DNA from: Stegostoma tigrinum
Taxonomy: Eukaryota
Direction of reading: 5' to 3'
Length of the DNA stretch: 64,000 nucleotides
NCBI RefSeq assembly: GCF_030684315.1
Contig: NC_081396.1
Coordinates: 4,712,001 to 4,776,000 of the forward strand
Every line of letters begins with the position of its first letter. Within the stretch, counting starts at the first letter, position 1. Shown piece after piece: positions 1 to 15,199 of the stretch. The position numbers were made by a program, and so were the translations under genes. The notes under the pieces were generated by a model. It ran no database searches, was not told the DNA's origin, and was given only the letters and a program-made list of their open reading frames with translations.

Positions 1-1189
1 CCCCTTAAAGAATGCAAATTTGCCCTGACTGTCACTGCTCATTTGGGCACGTTCACCCTTCGATTTCCACTTATTCCAGCTGCAAAAGATATTCATAAAA
101 CTCAACACTGAATTTTGTGTTTCGGTTCCTTTCTACTTCCTGGAGCGAAGCGATTTCCTCAGTGTGTTTGGGAAACTGAAAGCTCACCACGAACAGTTTG
201 TTGGATTATTTCACCTTCCCATTCTCAGTTAATGCTGGGAGATTGAAGCTGATATTGTCGTGAACATGAACTGATCTGAGGACTCACGAATTCAAGACTT
301 ATCCCAGCTTCATGGGAATCAGAAAACTTCGTCTCGAAGTATGGAAAACGTGAAAAGAGCAGCCAAAACATGTCGGATTTGAATCTGCAATCTGCTGACC
401 TGTCACCTGCGCCATCATCGATTGCATTAGTACCCGACACATATCCAGCTTCCACCTGCTGCAGATTTGTGGTGTGATCGGGAAAAGGAGCATTCACAAG
501 GTGATAAAGAAGCAAGCGTAATAATTGTCACTGTTTCACTTCAATGGACCCCATTTTGTAAAGTGGTGAATATCACTGGCAAAGGAAACACATTTGTCAC
601 AGTCGTCAGTTGTCTGCTTCAGTGTCCGCTCTCTCTGCGAGACGTTTCGATCATTTTATTCAAAGTATCTTCGCATTTTATGACTCACCCCGGGAATCTA
701 TTTGCACACTTTGAGCCGTGGCGTTTTCCAGGTGAGGCCCCAAACAAATTCACCGACAAACTTTTGGTTCTTTGTCGACTGGGGTTTGGAATCAGACAAG
801 TTGAATGACATCTTTATTGGTGCTACCCTTCACTGTAGCTCAGTACCTTAAAGAAGATCCCTCTTACCATCGGCCTGTTTTGCACCTTGCTAAAGTATGT
901 TTGCTGAACATCAGATTTTCACAACTCCTCATTCTTTACAGTGAAATAAAGTGCGATAATATGAACCAGTTCAGATTTAGAGAGAGATATTATACTGCTG
1001 AAGTTGGCTGTGACATCATGAATTGACACAAATGAGGATAGAATTTCGTTCGCCAGGGTTTGCCTCGGCAGCACTGGTGTTAACTGCCTCGGATTTATAA
1101 TTTACATCGCACTTGTCTGGACACAACTCCAAGTCAAGAAATGAAGATTTACTGCAAATTATCTGAATGAAAATTAATCCCTCGTAACA

Positions 1190-1510
1190 AACAGAGCACC
1201 CATCCAGAATCCGTTCGAATCAGTCCAATGAGAGTTTGCTTCCACACCGAAGGACAATGACAGTAGATATACGGGAAACTATCATCCATCAATCCCCTCA
1301 AAGCACTCACCATTTCGAGTTTGAATACATTACTGTTGCTTCACAGCCGCTGGGTCTAAAACCTTAATCACCATATGTAATAGCAACAACGTTTCACCTA
1401 CGGGTCAACGAGTTCAATGGTTCAAGAAAGCCACTCATCACCTCCATATCTAGATTAATTCGGGATGGGCAATAAATCCTATCCAATTGATTGACGTCCA
1501 TATCCGAGAC
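1190..1510 (+). mobile_element. 3' end of the same L2/CR1-clade LINE family
   Basis: GGTTCAAGAAAGCCACTCATCACC...GGGATGGGCAATAAAT corresponds to the reverse complement of 34790-34990. Another copy at ~56630-57140. Confidence 0.5.
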
Positions 1511-4500
1511 TTAATTTTCTGAGGTTATTGTTTCTAATCAGAGACTTGCAATTGCAACATGTCCAGAGTCAAAGCGAGGGAGCGAAATAAAAGTGAAAAA
1601 CAATGATGACTGGGAAGCATGGAGTAAGAAGAGAGTATGGAGCTGATGGTGCAAGGTTCAGTGTTGGTGCTCATTGTGGCTCACATTTCACTCCCAGTCA
1701 ATTCACCACAATGACATCACAATCCTCTTGTGATGTCCAACTTTGCATAATAGCACAGGTTATGGTCCTCGATAGAATGAACATATCCTCTTCTTCCCGT
1801 TAGTTTTCAGATGAATATATCAGTTTGAAACCACTTCCAGAGGAGATTGACTACTTCTGGAGGCAAAAAAAAACAAAAAAATGCAGTGCACGACTGTGAG
1901 CTAGTTGTTCACAAAGAGGGCAAATGGTTGGAGCCAGGCCAAGAGTATTGTGGTGTAGTTGATTAAAGCCTTTCCTGGGAAACAGAAAAACCTGTGTTAA
2001 AGCTCCCGTTAGTATGTATCCCTCAAATAATCGATTCCTTGCGCAACCTTCTTTCAAATGCCCTGTGTTGAGCCAATTTTGTAATGTGGGACGAGACACC
2101 TATTGACTAAATGTGTTTCCTGTATTTGAATTAAACCTATTTGTATTCTCATTTCTGTTGTTTGTATTTGTCCCCCATCAAATGTTCCTAATTATTTTGC
2201 GAACCATCACAATTGATTGATTTTTTTCCTCATTTTCACAAACTCAAAGCTCATATTTATAAGTCATTCATTTCCCGGATTTAAGGAACAATTCTACATT
2301 CGACATGGTTGTTCAGTGAGTGAAAGAAAACCATTCAAGCAGAATATTTCACCACGTCAGGGCAAAGGGAGGAGCATTAGAACTTATTTTAAGTTTGTAA
2401 AATTGAATTTGCAATCTGATGAGAGAGAAAGTTTGATTTTTTTTAAAAAGTGCTGATTCCACAGATCAACATGATTTCCTTTCCCTCCAGAATTTTAAAA
2501 TACGGTTGCATAACTGTTCTAATTCTGAAGAAGGCCCACTCGATCCAAAATATTAACTCCGTTTTTGAAAGTCAGATGCTGCCAGACGTGCTGAGTTTCT
2601 TCAGAAAATTTACGTTTTGCTTCAGATTTCCAGCATCCACTGTTCTTAAATTGTATTTACCTATATAAAGTATGGGATGACAGATATTCTTTTGACATCT
2701 CTTTTGCTTATTTCCTGTATTTGACATCAGTTATAAATTCATCTTTCTGTTAAATTGGAAGAATCCTGACGTCTTGGCCTCTTGAAGATCATTTTCCCAC
2801 ATATCCATACAACAATTTCATCACGTTTATCTAGCATGGAAAAAGAGGTTTCAGCTCATATCGTTATTGTCGGCAATCAAACATCCATCTGTTCTACACT
2901 CAGTTTCCAGCACTTGACCTGTAGCCCTGTATACTCTGACATTTTAAGCATTCATACAATGATGTTTTCCCTGTTACACTTTTGTCTGGAACGACACAAC
3001 GAAGGCGGCTGGATTTTCAGATGGTCAGACTGTGTTCACTTCCCTTTGGGAATCTGATCTTCATTTCACTCATAGGGGGAGACATTCAAACATACTCTTC
3101 GAGAGGGACAGAGGCCTCAGGATTATACCAGCTCCCAGCCCTTCACATCATTCCTGCATGGCAGGATAGCTTATTCGAGCATTTAAAAGTCAGACAGAAC
3201 ACTTGCCCTACTCAATGGAGACATGTTATGTAACGGCAGGGAGATTATTTTGGAGCTGCATGGGACTATTTTTAGACCAGGAATTGAAGCTCATTGCTAT
3301 CAGAAAATATATGGTCGGCCACTTGAAATGTCATATTCATGAATGAAACTGATAGATTCCTTGAAAATTGGACCAATGTAGATTTCGTGTCGTTATGGTT
3401 GTATGGACTCATATAGCAGAAGGGTTCTTTCTGTATTGATGATTTTATGATTTAATGTAGAGTTCGCAGTTATGACCGACTTTGCAGACTTACACCTCGA
3501 ATGTGTTTACCAGAGCTGATGTGTTATATTGAGCACCCAACAGATGAGACGGATTGTTCAAATTAAATATTTTTGGAATGCGCAAGTTGCTGGAAAGAAC
3601 TACTATTCACAATTCTCCAGTGACACCCACGCCATCTCCAGCCATGCCTTGACCTTCACGCTTGTGGAATCTACGCTCACATTGTGAACTAAGCTGTGCT
3701 TCAAGTTCATTTGCATTCCGTATCGCATGCCCAGCGCTGCCGATAACTCCAGATACATTTCAACATTCTTAAACTTCACATTATCTCGTTCTCACAGAGT
3801 CGCCTGAGTGGAAGTCACTGCAGATGTTTAGCTGCTCCACACTGCCTCCGGTATTTAGCTGGAAATGAAGGTACTCATATTGCTAAAGTGCACACCAACT
3901 TCAGTTCATGATCACTGGGAGCTGTTATGAGAGAAAATATTTGGCACTTAACCCCAGCACATTTTCTTTTGTCTTCAGAGATGAAGGAATGCTGCACATT
4001 TTCTATATCTGTCTGCTCCTGTTCGTGCCTGTAAACAAAAGAAGAATCATCACAGATCAAGATGTCCTGCTTCTTGTCATCTGCAACCATTCGAACTTGA
4101 AGCAACAACTGGCATTATCGTCTCAAACACGGAGCTCAATATTATTCTCCACAGCAATGTTTGACCTTGTCAGATGAGTCACGGCACTGATCTAATTAAT
4201 GTGTTCAACAAGTAGATTTGTGGTGCTATAACATCTCTTCTCACCTCTGATATTAACATACATTCCTGCACAGTATGGCCAGACTGAAGTATCAGTACCC
4301 ATGAACGACCCAAACAAACAGACTGAAGCAGGTATGAGTGGGCCGAAACAAATCGTATTCTATCTTTTTCCATTAAATGATATTTTATTGTTTCATTGAT
4401 GTTACTCATGTCAGTCCACAGCTCCTAACTGAACTCCAACACGAACAGAAGGGTGAAAATGTTATATGCGCCTAGAATTTTAAAAAAAAACTGAAGGAAA

Positions 4501-6549
4501 GAGTCCGATATGTCATCTTCACCATCTTGTTCGGCTCTTCTACTGACGTCACCATTCACCCCAATATCATTTTTAACCAGCCACAGTACCCTCTCTTTGT
4601 GTATTACAAATGGATAGCATCACACGTTTTCCAAATTGAATTCCATTTGTCACTTCTTAGCTCACTCATCCAAACCATTGTTGATTTCTTGAAGTCAGCT
4701 GGCATCGTCTTCACTATCAACTGCCCTGTCAAATTTAGGTTGTTTCTAAATTTCACAATCAAGCTTCTCATGTTAATTTCAACATCAGTAATGAATAATG
4801 TGAAGAGCAAGGCCCCAAACTGGGCCCTATGGAGCACTACTCCATTAAATCAATCAGTCATCAGACATGATGAAAAGTAATTTTCGTGTCACTCCTGCAT
4901 TTTATTACTTCAATTCTTTTGCAAGCATTCACTGAATTTACAATGGGAAAATCAAACATAAACAGGGACCAATAACCATTGATGTAGATTTTGAAAGAAA
5001 GTAATTCTGACATTTGGAACACAAATCTTTTCATAACCATTGGACCAGGGAATCACGTTCCAACTCATTATTTTTTTTTTATCTGGATTCATTCTTGTAA
5101 TTCGGAAACTCAACAAACCCTCACAGACAGCAGGTAAAGAATGACCATGCCAGAGGCTCTTGGGCTGATACATATCCCTCTCAGGGGAAAGAGGGCACTT
5201 TATTCTCTGATTCAAGGGACTCCAACTCTCTCAGTTCTCTGCCGGTCTGCACTGCTGTGCTCACGCTCTGCTATAGCATTTTGATGTGCAAAGGGTTTGA
5301 TTTAGACGTTGAATGGATGTATTATGAAATAGCAGTTATTTTTGATTCTGAATTTCCAAATTTGACCAGGAACTGGTGTATCACGCATCAGACTGTGATT
5401 CCAGTTTGCAAATGTAATAGTCAACTCGAGGATCTGCAAGAAATTGCTGAAATCAGATTCCAGTCAGTGACTATTTGGGCACTGAAACCTCACCACACAG
5501 AGCTGTTGTGGTGTTGTTTGAGGGTCAGTTCATCCACCCTCTCAAACTGAGAGTTCCTACTTCAAAAAAAAAGTTTTTCAGGTACATCAAAATCATGTTA
5601 CATGTGATTTGACATTCTGCATGCTAAGGTTCCAAACACCAAGCAACGAACGCCACGACGAAATGTCCACTTCAAGAATGTTGAGGAATGATGCAAACAC
5701 CCTGCATACGGACTGTACATGGGAGAGGATCCTGAGTGGCTGAGAGAAGCGATAATTTTTACAGTGGTTTAACATGAACCAGAAGGATGACCACATATCA
5801 GACTTAGGTACCAAAACTGAAGTAAATAACTAATAACTGACATTTTGCAGCTATTGTTGGGAGAAACAGCCACTTAAGAATCGGCCTCTTCAGGAATCGT
5901 AAAAGTTCCTTTGCATGAAGTCAAGCAATCTGAGCATTTCAAAGACCTGACATTGGTTTAGGCCTCTGAAAACGAAATTGGCCTCCATAAAATATTATCT
6001 TCTTCAAGTGGCCACAGAAACAGAATGGACATACAGACATATCCCCACAGACTGAAGAACAGTCATGCTTGGAACAAAACGTTATCTCGTGCAAAGAACG
6101 AGCAAAAACCATAATTCAGACAACAAATATTCACACACTGGAGGGTCCATGTCATCGAAATTTGAGAGATCATGTCACTTCATTGTCTTTCAGTTGGGGC
6201 AATGAATGATATTCTGAGGGAAATAGGAAAGCACTAATTATTGCTCCACATTTCTCTGAGAAATTTCCCCTCAAAAGAGATGGACAAAAATACATGACGA
6301 GGAATTGACACATTTATCTCAACGGTGACTATGATATTCTACTAATTACCCGTGACCATTTTCAATGATTGGTTTCATAAAATGTAATTACACCAGTTGA
6401 AGGCGATGATGTGGAAAAACAACAAAACTGCTTTCTCCACCGATGGTATTCAGAGACCAGTTGTTGATATTTTGATTTTAGAAACAATGGCTGTGTTTCT
6501 CCAGTAGGTGGAAGTGAAGACTGATAATTCAATCAACATGTTCAGAGCT

Positions 6550-7905
6550 GTTATAGAACAGAGAACAGAGAAAAGTACAGCGTAGTACGGGGCCTTCGTC
6601 CCACGATGTTGTGCCGAAATTTGACCTTCATTCTAATGTCTATAAAACCTCTACCCCTACCTTATACTGTCATCCAAAGACCTGACTAATAGATGTTTAA
6701 ATGCCGCCAATGAGGCCGAATCCACTACCCTCTCTGACAGTGCATTCCACGTCCCTACCACTCTCTGAATAAAGAAATTACCTCTGGCGTCGCCCCTATA
6801 TCTACCTCCATTCACGATAAACCTATGGTGCCGCGTAATAGCTACCTCCACCCTTGGAAAAAGTCCCTGGCTGACGCCTCTATCTCTGCCTCTGAACACT
6901 TTGTGCACCTCTGCCAAGTCACCTCTCATCTTTCGTCGTTCTGAAGAGAAAAACCCGAGCTCTCTCAAACATTCCTTGTGACATCTTCCCTCCGTGCTAG
7001 GAAACATCCTGGTAAATCTACTCTGCACCTTTTTCAAACGCTTCCACATCTTTCCTGTTCTGAGGAGACCAGAACTGGACACAATACTTCAAATGTGGCC
7101 GAACCAAACTTTTGTGTAACTGGAGCATTTATTCATCGTTCTTGAAATGAATCCCTCTCTGAATAAAAGCTAGAACGTCATTTTTTAAATTTATTTAACA
7201 GCTCTAAACACCTGGCTGGCAGATTTCAGGGAACGGTGAACATGAACCCCAAGATCCCTCTGCTCCTCCACACTGACAAAGAATATTTTAATTAACCGTG
7301 TATACTGTTTTAAGTGTGTCCATCCAAATTGAATCACCTCACACTTTTCAATGTTAAACTGCATCATCCACTTTTCAGCCAAGATCTGTGCTCAATCAAT
7401 GTCCCTTTCGAACTAAGAATAGCTGTCCACAATGTGATCCATTTTTGTATCATCCATAATATTGTTAATCCTAACTTCCACTCTTTCATTCAAATCATTT
7501 GCAAAAATCACAAATACGACAGGACCCAGGGAAGATCCTTTGAGTACGCCACTTGTAACTGAGCACCTTTTTCAATATTTTTCAGTCCACTACCACCCTT
7601 TGTCTACTGAGAGTCAGCCAATTCTGAAACCAATCGGCCACATTGTCCCCTATCCCATCCCTCCATAACTTCTGCATAGGCCTTCCATGGGGAAACTTAT
7701 GCAATGCCTGACTTTAATACATGTATATCACGTGGTCGACATTCACCCACATGCTTGGCCATCTCTTTAAATAATTCAATGACGCTTGTGAGGCTTGATC
7801 TACCCAACACAAATCCACAATGACGATCACGAATCAAGCTGTGTCTTTCCAAGTGATCATAAATCCTGTCTCTCTGAGCCCTTTCTACTAATTTTCCCAC
7901 CACTG
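6550..7905 (-). mobile_element. Decayed 5'-truncated CR1 LINE
   Basis: ORF fragments 6657-7082, 7191-7382 and 7697-7903 resemble the CR1 ORF2 C-terminus (VQSRFTRM, RGDLAEV, FFIQRVVGTWNAL). Same tail type as the 16.1 kb copy. Confidence 0.85.
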
Positions 7906-8249
7906 GTGTTATGACGCTATGTTGGAAACTATGAGACTTGATTCTGCGTTTTCATGGTTGGGTCACTATCACTGAAACATCACAGCACTCGATATTGTTA
8001 GAAAACATGGCATAAAGTTCGAATCTCATCAACTACGACTCACACATGGGCTTCAGATGTAGAATGGAGGAAAACAATGAAAAGGAAAAGAAGACACAGA
8101 TGGCAAATATGTATTCAGAGATAGATATATTTATAAAGAACATCAGAGAAAGCTCTGAAGATAATAAGGAGGGAAAAAAGGCATTACATCAATCATCGCC
8201 AAATTAAATCTTCACATGAATAGACAAAGCCACAACAGCAATGTCATTC

Positions 8250-10040
8250 TAGAAGAAGAATTCATCGGCTGTGTGTGCAACAGATTCCTGGAACAATAGG
8301 ATATGGATCCAGCCTAGAATCTTAATATGATTGATCTGATAATGTGCAATGAAGCAGGCATAATAAATGATGGCAGACTCAAAGATTTGATTGTATCAAC
8401 AAAATTTAACATTCAGTTTGAGAGACAGAATTTATGTGTTGGAAGCAAGATTATATAGGAGTAATTTCAAAGAAATGAGGGCCGTGTTGCTGGAATGGAC
8501 TTGGAAACGATCTTTGCAGCAAAGATATATGAAGAAGAAGGGCAGAATCTTCAGAAAAATATTTCATAGTTCACTACAAAGATATAACCCAGTGAGAAGG
8601 AAGGATTATAGGAAGGAGACAAGTTATTGTGGATGATGAGGGAAGTTAAAGACAGCAAAAAATTAAATTTAAAAAAAAAATGACAAGTGATAAGTATTGT
8701 TGGTAAGAAGAGTATTTGGGAATTTTAGAGAACGATCAAAAGGCAAACAGAAGTTAATGATGCAGGAGAAGGTACACATTTTAAGCAAAGTTGCAGATAA
8801 TTTTAAAAGGAACGGAAGATGCTTCCTTAAATGAACAGAAATGAAAAGAAGGGCCAATTTGAACAAAGGACCCACTTCAGTGAAGTTGGGAAAGAACGTT
8901 TGGGAACCAAAATGAGGCTGATGAGTTTAATAAGTAGTGTGCGTATGCATTCACAGCAACATTCCAAAAATACTAAACACAGAAGAGCGAAAAACAAACG
9001 AAGAATACAATATAACAAGTTTCACGGAGACAAAGGGCAGCGAAATTAATAGGCCTAAATATGATTAAGTGTACGACAACTGATGAGATCCAATTGAGGA
9101 TAGAAAAATAAATAACAACAGAAGTGTTAAATGTATTGGTTTTAACTTTGCAATGAGCATTAAATTTCGGAAAAGACACAGAAGATTGCATAAAACCTTA
9201 ATTAAAATAAAATGTACAGCAAAATAAGAGGTGACTGGGGTCATTTTGTTTAACATCAATTACTGAACAAATGGTGTCGTCCACCATAAAGAATACTACA
9301 ACAGAGCGTTTAAAAAGTACATGGCATAATCAAGAAGACTGGAAATACTTTTATGAAAGCGAAGTCTTGCCTGATAAATCACGTGGAATCATTTGATAGC
9401 ATAAGAGTACAAAATAAGGAGGGATCACTGCTCGTAACATGCTGAGATTTTCCGAAGGCATTGTACAAGGCGCCACATGAAAGAAAGCTTCATTAGATAA
9501 GAGGCCGTGGCTTCGGAGGTAGTGCATTAGCGTGGACAGGGGATTGGTGAAATCAAAGTAGAAAGACTTCTGGATGAATAGATTTGTTTGACAGGATGTC
9601 AACCTCTAAGTAATGTAGCATCACATGAATCAGTATAGAGTGCACAAATATTTGAAATAAACAATAATGAATCAGACGTGAAAGCTCAACGCACTGTCGG
9701 TAACAAACAAAACAAAAAAAAAGCAGAAAAGTTCAAGATTGAGTTTGACACAAAAAGTTTGCTGAGGGATACAGACAGGACAAGAAAGTCAGCAAAATGA
9801 ACTTGGCATATTAATGCAAAGTTAATGAAATAATTGAGAATAGATGGAATGAGCGAGGTTATGCAGCTGACAGCAAATATTGAGTAGCTGCATCTGATAT
9901 AAATTAAAAAATTCAGAAATCAACATGAGTGGTTTGGGAGTCCTATTCCTTGAATCTTAAAAAATCTCACTTTTAATTTCGCTATTAATAAGGAAAGCAA
10001 ACTTGGTGTTGTGCTTTATTCCATATCTAATGTAACATTG
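8250..10040 (+). mobile_element. Old CR1 LINE ORF2 remnant
   Basis: Degenerate endonuclease-to-RT sequence; fragments such as SNFKEMRAVL; decayed 'SCLINH' and 'ALYKAPH' motifs at ~9360-9480. Confidence 0.55.
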
Positions 10041-10329
10041 ACAATAGGAACAATTAGATTGAACACATAGTTGTCTCGGATGATGTTTTTCACGGGACAA
10101 GATTCATCTTTAAGGACCATTGGGATCTCGTCAGTGGGAAAAATGACTTGTGCCAGATGAAAGAGTTCCACGCAAATTGGAAGAGGACCAATATCTTTCA
10201 AGGGAAACGTGCTAACGTGACCTCGGAGGCTTTATATTGGTAAGGGGCATGGCATTGCATTGTGGAACCAAAGCAAGGTTCAAAAAAAGAGTAAGGCTGT
10301 GAACAATACAGTAGGTAATGTGAGCAAGT

Positions 10330-12705
10330 TTAACAGACATTGCTGGCAAGGGTTTGACAGAGCCGAGATAAGACCAATAAATTAACCTGTATTTATTTGA
10401 AAGCAAAATGCCTGACACGTCATGCAGATGAACTTCGGGCATGGTTGCAAGCATGGGATAGGTATATCATAGTTATTAGAAATACTTGCCTCAGAGATGG
10501 ACAGGACTGGCAGCTTCATATTCCAAGGATATGGCTTTCGGAGGGACAGAAAGGAAAGCAAGAATGAAGGTGGAGTGGAGCTTTTGGTTTTGGAGAACAA
10601 TACAGCTGTACAAAGTGAAGATATTGCTGGGAGACAGTCCGGTGAACTCTTGTGTGTCGAACTTCAAAACGCGAAAGGGCTGATCACCTTGTTGGGTTTT
10701 TATGACAGTCCTCCAGCAGTTTGTGGGAAAACAAGCAAAATATGTCAGTGAATTTCAGATATCTGTAACAGAAGTTTGATCATGGTACAGGGTTTTAACT
10801 TTCCAAACTTGGAATGGGGCTGTCACACAGTTGAGAGTTTGGATGTGGAGAAGTTTGAAATTTGACACAAGAAAACTTTCGTAATCAATATTTGTTTGTA
10901 ACGACAACAGAAGGAATTTTGTTTGATGTTCTGTTTGTAAATAAGGAAAGGCAAGTGACTGAGGTCTTTGTGGAGGTGTACTGTGGGACAAGTGGACATA
11001 ATTCTAATAGTTTTGAAATAGTTAGCATAAATGATAGAACTGTTCAAAACTTAAAGTTCTGAGCTGGAGGGAGGCCAATTTTGATGGCATGGGACAGCGG
11101 CTTTGAAAAAATTGATTGAGAGAAGAATTGCACGCTTAAAGCAACGACTGTGAGTGGGAGGCCTTTAGGAATGCAACAACTAGTGTTCAGATTTGGGAAG
11201 TTCTTAATTGTGTAAAGGCCAAGTCTGTTATGGTTTACAGTGCAGAGAGTGCTTCATGACTAGAGAAATAAGGGCTCTGGTCAACTAAAAGAAGGGGATT
11301 TGAGATATGGGCAACTGGGATCAGGTGTATCTCCATAAGAGCATTATGAAAGCCGGAGTATACTTGAGAGGCCTCTTGGGAGTGCAAAGGGGGGCATGAG
11401 ATAGTTTGGCAAATGGGGTTAAGGAGCATCTAAAGCGACGATGTGTTGACATTTGGGCAAAACAATGACTCGGAAGAAAGTAGGGACATTTGAAGATCAA
11501 CGTGCCCTCTGTGAGTTGAACTATAGGAGATGGGTGAGATTCGAAATTAATATTCTGTATTGGGGTTTACTGTGGAGCGGGCCGTGGAAATGAGGGAACC
11601 TGGAGAAATTCATTGCGATGTCCTGAAAAAAGTACCTGTTACAGAAGAGGAGGTGCTGCTGTTCTGAAAACATGAAAAAAACCAATAACTATCCAGGAAA
11701 TGATAAGATGTTCCACAGTACTTTTTGTAAAGATGGGGAAGAGATTTCTCTGCCGCTACGGAGATATTTGAGCCATTTATAGCCACAGGAAGGGGCAGAA
11801 AGCCTGGAGGTTGGCTCACCCAGAGCTATAAATTTAAAAGGAAATGCTCTTTGGAAAAAGCCTTGGAACTATCGGCTGGTGAGACTCATGACAGTGATGG
11901 ATGAATGTTTGGATTCTGAGGGAAAGGATTTACATGCATCCTGAAAAGGAGGAACTGCTTCGAGATACTCAGTCTGAAATTTGTGTGGAAAATGTTGCCT
12001 CACAATATTGAATCAGTTTATTGAGGAAATTACCAAAAAACATTAATGGGGCAGATGTGTAGATTTTGTTTACTCAGAATTTCATCAAGGCTTTGACACT
12101 TTTCTGGTTGGTCGATGAATTAATAATGATACGGATTCAGGATCAGTTTGCCAAAGAGATTCAAAATTGGCTTAATAACAAGAGACAAAGTTGGTACGGA
12201 AGGGTTGTCTTTTGGACGTCTGTTATCAGTGCTGCCTCACGTGGATCGCTGGAGGATCTGCTTTTATTCGTCATTTATTTCAAAGACTTTGATGAGAATA
12301 CAGAAGGCAGAATTAGTATGTTTACCGAAGACACCAAAATTAGTGTTATAGTCATCAGTGAAGAAATTTATTCAAGAGTTTAAAAAAACTTGATTGATTG
12401 GGTCAGTGGGCTGCGGAGTAGCAGAAGGACTGGAAATAGATAATTGTGAGGTACTGTGTTTTTGTTGAAACAACGAAAGATATGTCTTTTAATGTGAAAC
12501 TTGGCCTTTGTTCAGTGTTTTAGAACAGAGAGAGCTTTTTTTATAAGTTTGTTTCTCATGTTGAAAGAATGGTTAAGAAAGCGTTTAGTATGCATGCCTT
12601 CACTTCTCAGACTGCTGAGTATTGGAGTTGCAAAACCATATTGAGTTTTTATGGAAGTTTGGTCAGGCCTATTCTGCAGGATTGTATCCAGTTCTGGATT
12701 ATTAT
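10330..12705 (+). mobile_element. Old CR1 LINE ORF2 remnant
   Basis: Fragments FQGYGFRRDRK..GGV, VELQNAKGLITLLGFY, IQNWLNNKRQ, LLLFVIYFKDFDE..SMFTEDTKI and LVRPILQDCIQFW occur in CR1 ORF2 order. Confidence 0.72.
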
Positions 12706-12949
12706 TCAATATATCACTGTTTATTTCCGCAAGTTCTCTGCCTTATATAGTATTCTCCAAGTAAATAATGACGGGAAATGTTTGTTTATTGTCTGACCCA
12801 TCAGCTGTGGTTCCACACATAGGTGGCCTTGCTGATCTTTAAGGGGTCCGATTATCTCCCCAGTTAATCCGCTGTCCTGAAAGTATTTGAAGAATCACTC
12901 TGTAATCTCGTTAATCATGTTTGCCAAAATTATATTTTGTCCTGCTTCT

Positions 12950-14580
12950 GAAGAGGTGAATGTCGGGAGGGGTTGAACAGACTTAAGCTTTTATCACTCG
13001 AGGGTCAAGTTTGAAAGGTGATATTTTTGAAATTTTCAATGTCATTACGTGTTGTGATAGGGTGAGTATAAGGTACATTGGTGTGTTTCAAGACTAAGTT
13101 GCAGATAATTAAAGTTAGAGGACGAAGATTGAGAAATGACACAAAGGCATTTTTTTTACGGAGAGAGTCGTTCGTTGGTGGAATGAACTTCCACAGGAAG
13201 TGATGGATATAAGTACAGTGACAACATTTAGAAGCATTTGAATGAGAACGCGAGTAAGAAATGTTTTGCGGGATATTGGCCAAGTGTGTGTTTGTAATTA
13301 GATTGTGATTATGGTCATCATGGACTGATTGGCCTGTCAAATCATGTTCTGTGCTGTCAGGTGAAGAAGACATTTGGCACATTTGCCTTCATTGGCCACA
13401 ACATTGAGTGTAGAAGTTGTGATGTCATGTTGCGGCTCTGCAGGACATTCATGAGCCCACTTTTGGAATACTGCACACAATGTTGGTCGTCCTGATGTCA
13501 GAAGAACTTTTTTCAACTTGTGACAGTGGAAGGAAGATTCACAAGGATGGTGCTGCAAATGGAGTCTTATAGCCTTCGGCAGGGGCAGCTTAGGCTTTTT
13601 CCGACAGCATCGGAGGCTGTTAGGTGAACTTGTTGAGATTTATAAAATCGTGAGGGGCTTTGATCGTTTGAATACCCAAGATTTTATTTTGGCGAGTGTA
13701 AGTACAAAACTAGAGATCATAGGATGAAGATGAAAGAGGAAATATTTACAAACGAACTGATGGTCCATTTTTGTTTCAGGCAGAAGATGCCTTGTGTGTG
13801 GAAGGGGCTCCCAGAGGAAGTGGTGTAGGCGTGTGGAATTACAACAGTTAAAACAAATCTGGATGGACATACGGCCAGGAAGTGTTCAGAGCAATGTGGG
13901 CCAAATGTTTACAAGTGGAACTAAGTTACATTGGCATCACGAGTTGATGCAGATTAGTCAGATTGAAAGGTTTTCTAAGTACAGTGTGATCGGATGAAAC
14001 TGCACACTTTGTTTAAACTGCATAAGCACTCGTCATACAATAGCTGAAAAGCTGTGAACTGTTTTATGCCTCTTATTGAAGGGAAGACACAATGGAGTGC
14101 GAGATAATCTGCATTCGTTTCAGTCGACTGATCCCAATGATGCAGGGATTGTTTTGTGAGTGAAGTTTGAATATTTCAGTGCCTGTTCTAAATGGAATGT
14201 AAAATATTCAACGGTAACACATTGGAAGATAGGTTATGTTTTGGAAAATTTGTGGTTTCAGAAATGTCATTTCCGTTTGTGAAAAAGTTTAGGAGCAAAC
14301 GGTGTGATCCCTGAATTGTAGACCACAAATTTAAGGCAAAAGATAATTCCTTCTCCCAAAATGAAATGAATCTGTTGGATTCTTTTTTACAGAAGACAGT
14401 GAAGGTTGGCTTCTTATGTATTTTCAAAGGCTAAAAGGACTGATTTTGAATCGGTAATGGAATCAACACACGTGAAGGCAAGTGTGAAAAGTGGAGTTCA
14501 GGACTAAATGTTCAAACACGATGTCATTGAACGGAAGAGCAAACTCCATCGTCCGAATAATTACTTCTTGTTCCACTTCT
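12950..14580 (+). mobile_element. Three consecutive decayed CR1 3'-end fragments
   Basis: Repeated CR1 C-terminal and 3'UTR signatures at ~12950-13340, ~13350-13990 and ~14040-14580. Confidence 0.55.
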
Positions 14581-15199
14581 TCTGACATTACAAATGACAC
14601 TGGCTCTAAGTTGCTCACGTTAGAATTATTATATCTCCTGAGTTTCATGTTTGACATAACAACCCAGTCCCTTCACATTCCCTTTCTTGTGAAAAAGGCG
14701 ACCATAACACCACCTACTGAAATCCTCTCTCCATCTATGGTGTGATTGCATCCTTTCTGTCGTGCAATAATTGTACCGATATACAATTACTGTTGTTGAA
14801 TATTTTTCAAACAAATCAAAATAAACAGGGAAGGTTAAAGACAGATCAAAATCTCATAAACTACCACATCACACACACCATTGACCTTCAGGCGTTGAAT
14901 AAGCACATATTACACATATCACTTGTTATGTAGCTCTACACATACACAAGACAGAAGTCTAAAATGCAAGAGTTTAATGTGGGAATTTGTCCTTGTTGAT
15001 TCAGATATCAAACATTGCAAAATCACGAAGACAATGGTAGTAGTTGAAGACTTATTTACACTGTCCTATCAGATCCTGTCAGTGATTGCACAGATCACAG
15101 TATGTTCAAAATAAATATTCCTCCGCATTGTTCAAACAACATGATCATGTCGAATACACTGTGATTTATATGCAGAGTAGAACTGCGTCCACCATTCCC

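Noticed and set aside
12-19. Isolated octamer motifs (12-19, ~3709, 28368-28375, 44600-44607)
   Set aside because: A few exact 8-mers are expected by chance in 64 kb of AT-rich DNA, and they have no supporting motif cluster or nearby gene start.
3780-4340. Several acceptor- and donor-like signals and a hydrophobic stretch (MLHIFYICLLLFVP) suggesting small exons or a leader
   Set aside because: Phases do not chain into an open frame, there is no phase-1 donor after the hydrophobic stretch, and no downstream V domain.
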